In this document: piece after piece, positions 61,475 through 64,000 of the stretch
Position numbering within the stretch: the first letter of the stretch is position 1
How the letters are laid out: each line of letters opens with the position of its first letter
DNA from: Octopus vulgaris
Taxonomy: Eukaryota
Length of the DNA stretch: 64,000 nucleotides
Direction of reading: 5' to 3'
Assembly (NCBI GenBank): GCA_951406725.2
Contig: OX597815.1
Location: 6,882,001-6,946,000, forward strand
Position numbers and translations under genes: made by a program
The notes under the pieces: generated by a model
Databases searched by the model: none
What the model was told of the DNA's origin: nothing
The model's input: the letters and a program-made list of their open reading frames with translations, nothing else

Positions 61475-62895
61475 CCTTATATATTATGTAGTGATAGTGT
61501 TTCAGTTTATGGGTCAAGGGAGATTACTCTCAGTGTTGATTAAAATGTTTTTTTCTGTTAGGAATATTTGATATGTTACGGAATTAGGTCCCTTTCTATC
61601 ACCAGCCACCGACTTTCCCTTCTTTCCCACACCTACAGGCCACTCTCACACCCCATAGTGTTCAAGTTTTCAAATATTTTTAATGTACTTTCAGCCAAAT
61701 CATGCATAATACCCTAAAGGATACTTTAACATAATTCATCAAAGAGAAGGCCTCTCTCCAAATGGTTTATAATATTCTTATACAGGCAAGTAAAGACGCA
61801 TGGCATAGTGGTTAGAGCGTCGAACTTACGATCGTGAGGTTGGGAGTTCGAATCCCGGTCCAGGCTGTGTGTTGTGTTCTTGAGCAAGACACTTTATTTC
61901 ACGTTGCTCCAGTTCACTCAGTTGTGGAAATGAGTTGCGACATCACTGGTGCCAAGCTGTATCGGCCCCTTTGCCTTTCCTTTGGATGACATCGGTGGCG
62001 TGTTGAGGGTGGTATGCATGGGCGACTGTTGGTCTTCCATAAACAACCTTGCCCGGACTTGTGCCTCAGAGGGTAATTTTCTAGGTGCAATCCCATGGTC
62101 ATTCGTGACCGAAGGGGGTCTCAGATATACAGGCACAAACAGAATATCTTAAATACAGTATTTTGAGACACGGAGGTTAAGTGTATATTTTTATATGAGA
62201 GAAATGAGGGAAGGCTAAATGGGGAACTACACTGAGCTGGGTGTGTAAATCAGTAGTTCTTGAACAGGGTTCATATGGTAGTCCATTTAACCCTTGGTCT
62301 ATATGACTCTTGGGGGTACATATAAGATTTTGTTAAAGCTTATACTCTCTCTTTTACTCGCTTACTTGTTTCAGTCATGTGACTGTGGCCATGCTGGAGC
62401 ACTGCCTTTAGCAAATCGACCCCAGGACTTATTCTTTGTAAGCCTAGTACTTATTCTTTCGGTCCCTTTTGCCAAACTGCTAAGTTACAGGAACGTAAAC
62501 ACACCAACATCAGTTGTCAAGCAATGTTGGGGGCACAAGCACAGACATATAAACATATACACACACATACATATATATATATATATGTATATGTAATGGC
62601 CCAGCGGTTAGGGCAGCGGACTCACGGTCGGAGGATCGAGGTTTCGATTCCCAGACCGGGCGTTGTGTGTGTTTATTGAGTGAATACACCTAAAGCTCCA
62701 CGAGGCTCCGGCAGGGTAGGGTGTGGCGATCCCTGCTGTACTCTTTCACCGCAACTTTCTCTCACTCTTTCTTCTGTTGGCCTGCTTGCTTAGCCAGTGG
62801 GGTGGGGTCATTTGAAGGCTAAAACAATGCGAAGCACATTGTGACCAGCGATGTGTAGCAACATCTGATAGCCTGGTCGGTCATGTGATCACGTG

Positions 62896-62926
<31 letters not shown>

Positions 62927-64000
62927 CGACAGGCTTCTTTCAGTTTCCGTCTACCAAATCCACTCACAAGGCATTGGTCGGCCCGAAGCTATTGTAGAAG
63001 ACACTTGCCCAAGGTGCCACACAGTGGGACTGAACCCGGAACCATGTGGTTGGTAAGCAAGCTACTTACCACACAGCCACTCCTGTGCCTTATGAGCAAT
63101 AAATTAGTTAAACTTCTTCAATGCACAAAACAGTTCAACAATTTTTTTATTAAACTCCTTATAATACCTAATTATGAAAATATATCAGGTTTCTTAATCA
63201 TTGGGCGACATGCTGTGCTTGAGTAGACCTATTGAGTCAAGTAAATCAAAATCAAATGGAAATGGTAGTTGTGGCCTGACTGACTCCCATACTGGTGGTA
63301 CGCAATAAGCACCATTCATGCATGGGTCGTTGCAAGTGCTGCTTGACTGGCTCCCATGCTGGTGGTACGCAATAAGCACCATGCATGCGTGGGGGTCATT
63401 ACCAGTGCTGCCTGACTAGCTCCCCGTGCCAGTGGCACATAAAAAGCACCATCCAAATGTGGTTGATGCCAGCCCCTCCTCCCTGCCCTGACTGGTTCCT
63501 GTGCTAGTGGCACATAAAAAGCACCACCCAAACATGGTCGATGTCAGTGCCACCACCTGACTGGCTCCCATGCTGGTGGCATATAAAAAGCACCCTTTAC
63601 ACTCTCGGAGTCTTTGGCATTAGGAAGGGCCTCAAGCTGTAGAAACTTTGCCAGATCAGATTGAGCCTGGTGCAGCCTCGTGGTTTGCCAGTCCCTAGTC
63701 AAACCATCCAACCCATGCCAGCATGATGATGATGATGGGTCCATTTGAGTAAAAAAGAAACCAAAGGGATCCAAAGGCAAGAAATGGTTGAGAACCACTG
63801 ACATAAGGATACTGGTGGGATTAGAACCTCTACAATTGTTGTTTACACTCAGTGGGCCCCATTGTAGAAGGCCTATGATCAAAACTTCCAGCTGTGATCA
63901 CCTGTCATGTGGATATTGGAAAACTGAAAATTTCACAAGGACTTGTAGTTTTATACTATGTTGTTGTAATCCTTGCAGCAAGGTTTCTGGCCAATATGAA

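Noticed and set aside
61528-61554. Possible further upstream micro-exon
   Set aside because: Weak splice signals, phase 1->1 does not fit B6 (phase 0), and no homology to the other modules.

Overview
Eukaryotic, repeat-dense genomic DNA. The SINE/LINE families look like octopus (coleoid cephalopod); this is my inference from recalled repeat consensi. Almost all ORFs in the track are spurious readings of repeats. Between the repeats, on the minus strand, I could thread small GT-AG exons in consistent phase. They build a CEP57/CEP57L1-like centrosomal gene (about 34089->8242) whose N-terminal exon module (types B, C, A) is tandemly triplicated. A second upstream exon chain (58648->40216) is made only of more diverged copies of the same module and ends at a TGA followed by AATAAA. 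The introns hold RTE-LINE remnants and tails, several tRNA-derived SINEs, Tc1, piggyBac, hAT and Helitron elements, an R4/Dong fragment, a solo LTR and about 10 foldback elements. They also hold five copies of an unusual element that joins a tRNA-like Pol III head to a Penelope-type minimal hammerhead ribozyme, usually with an inverted flank.
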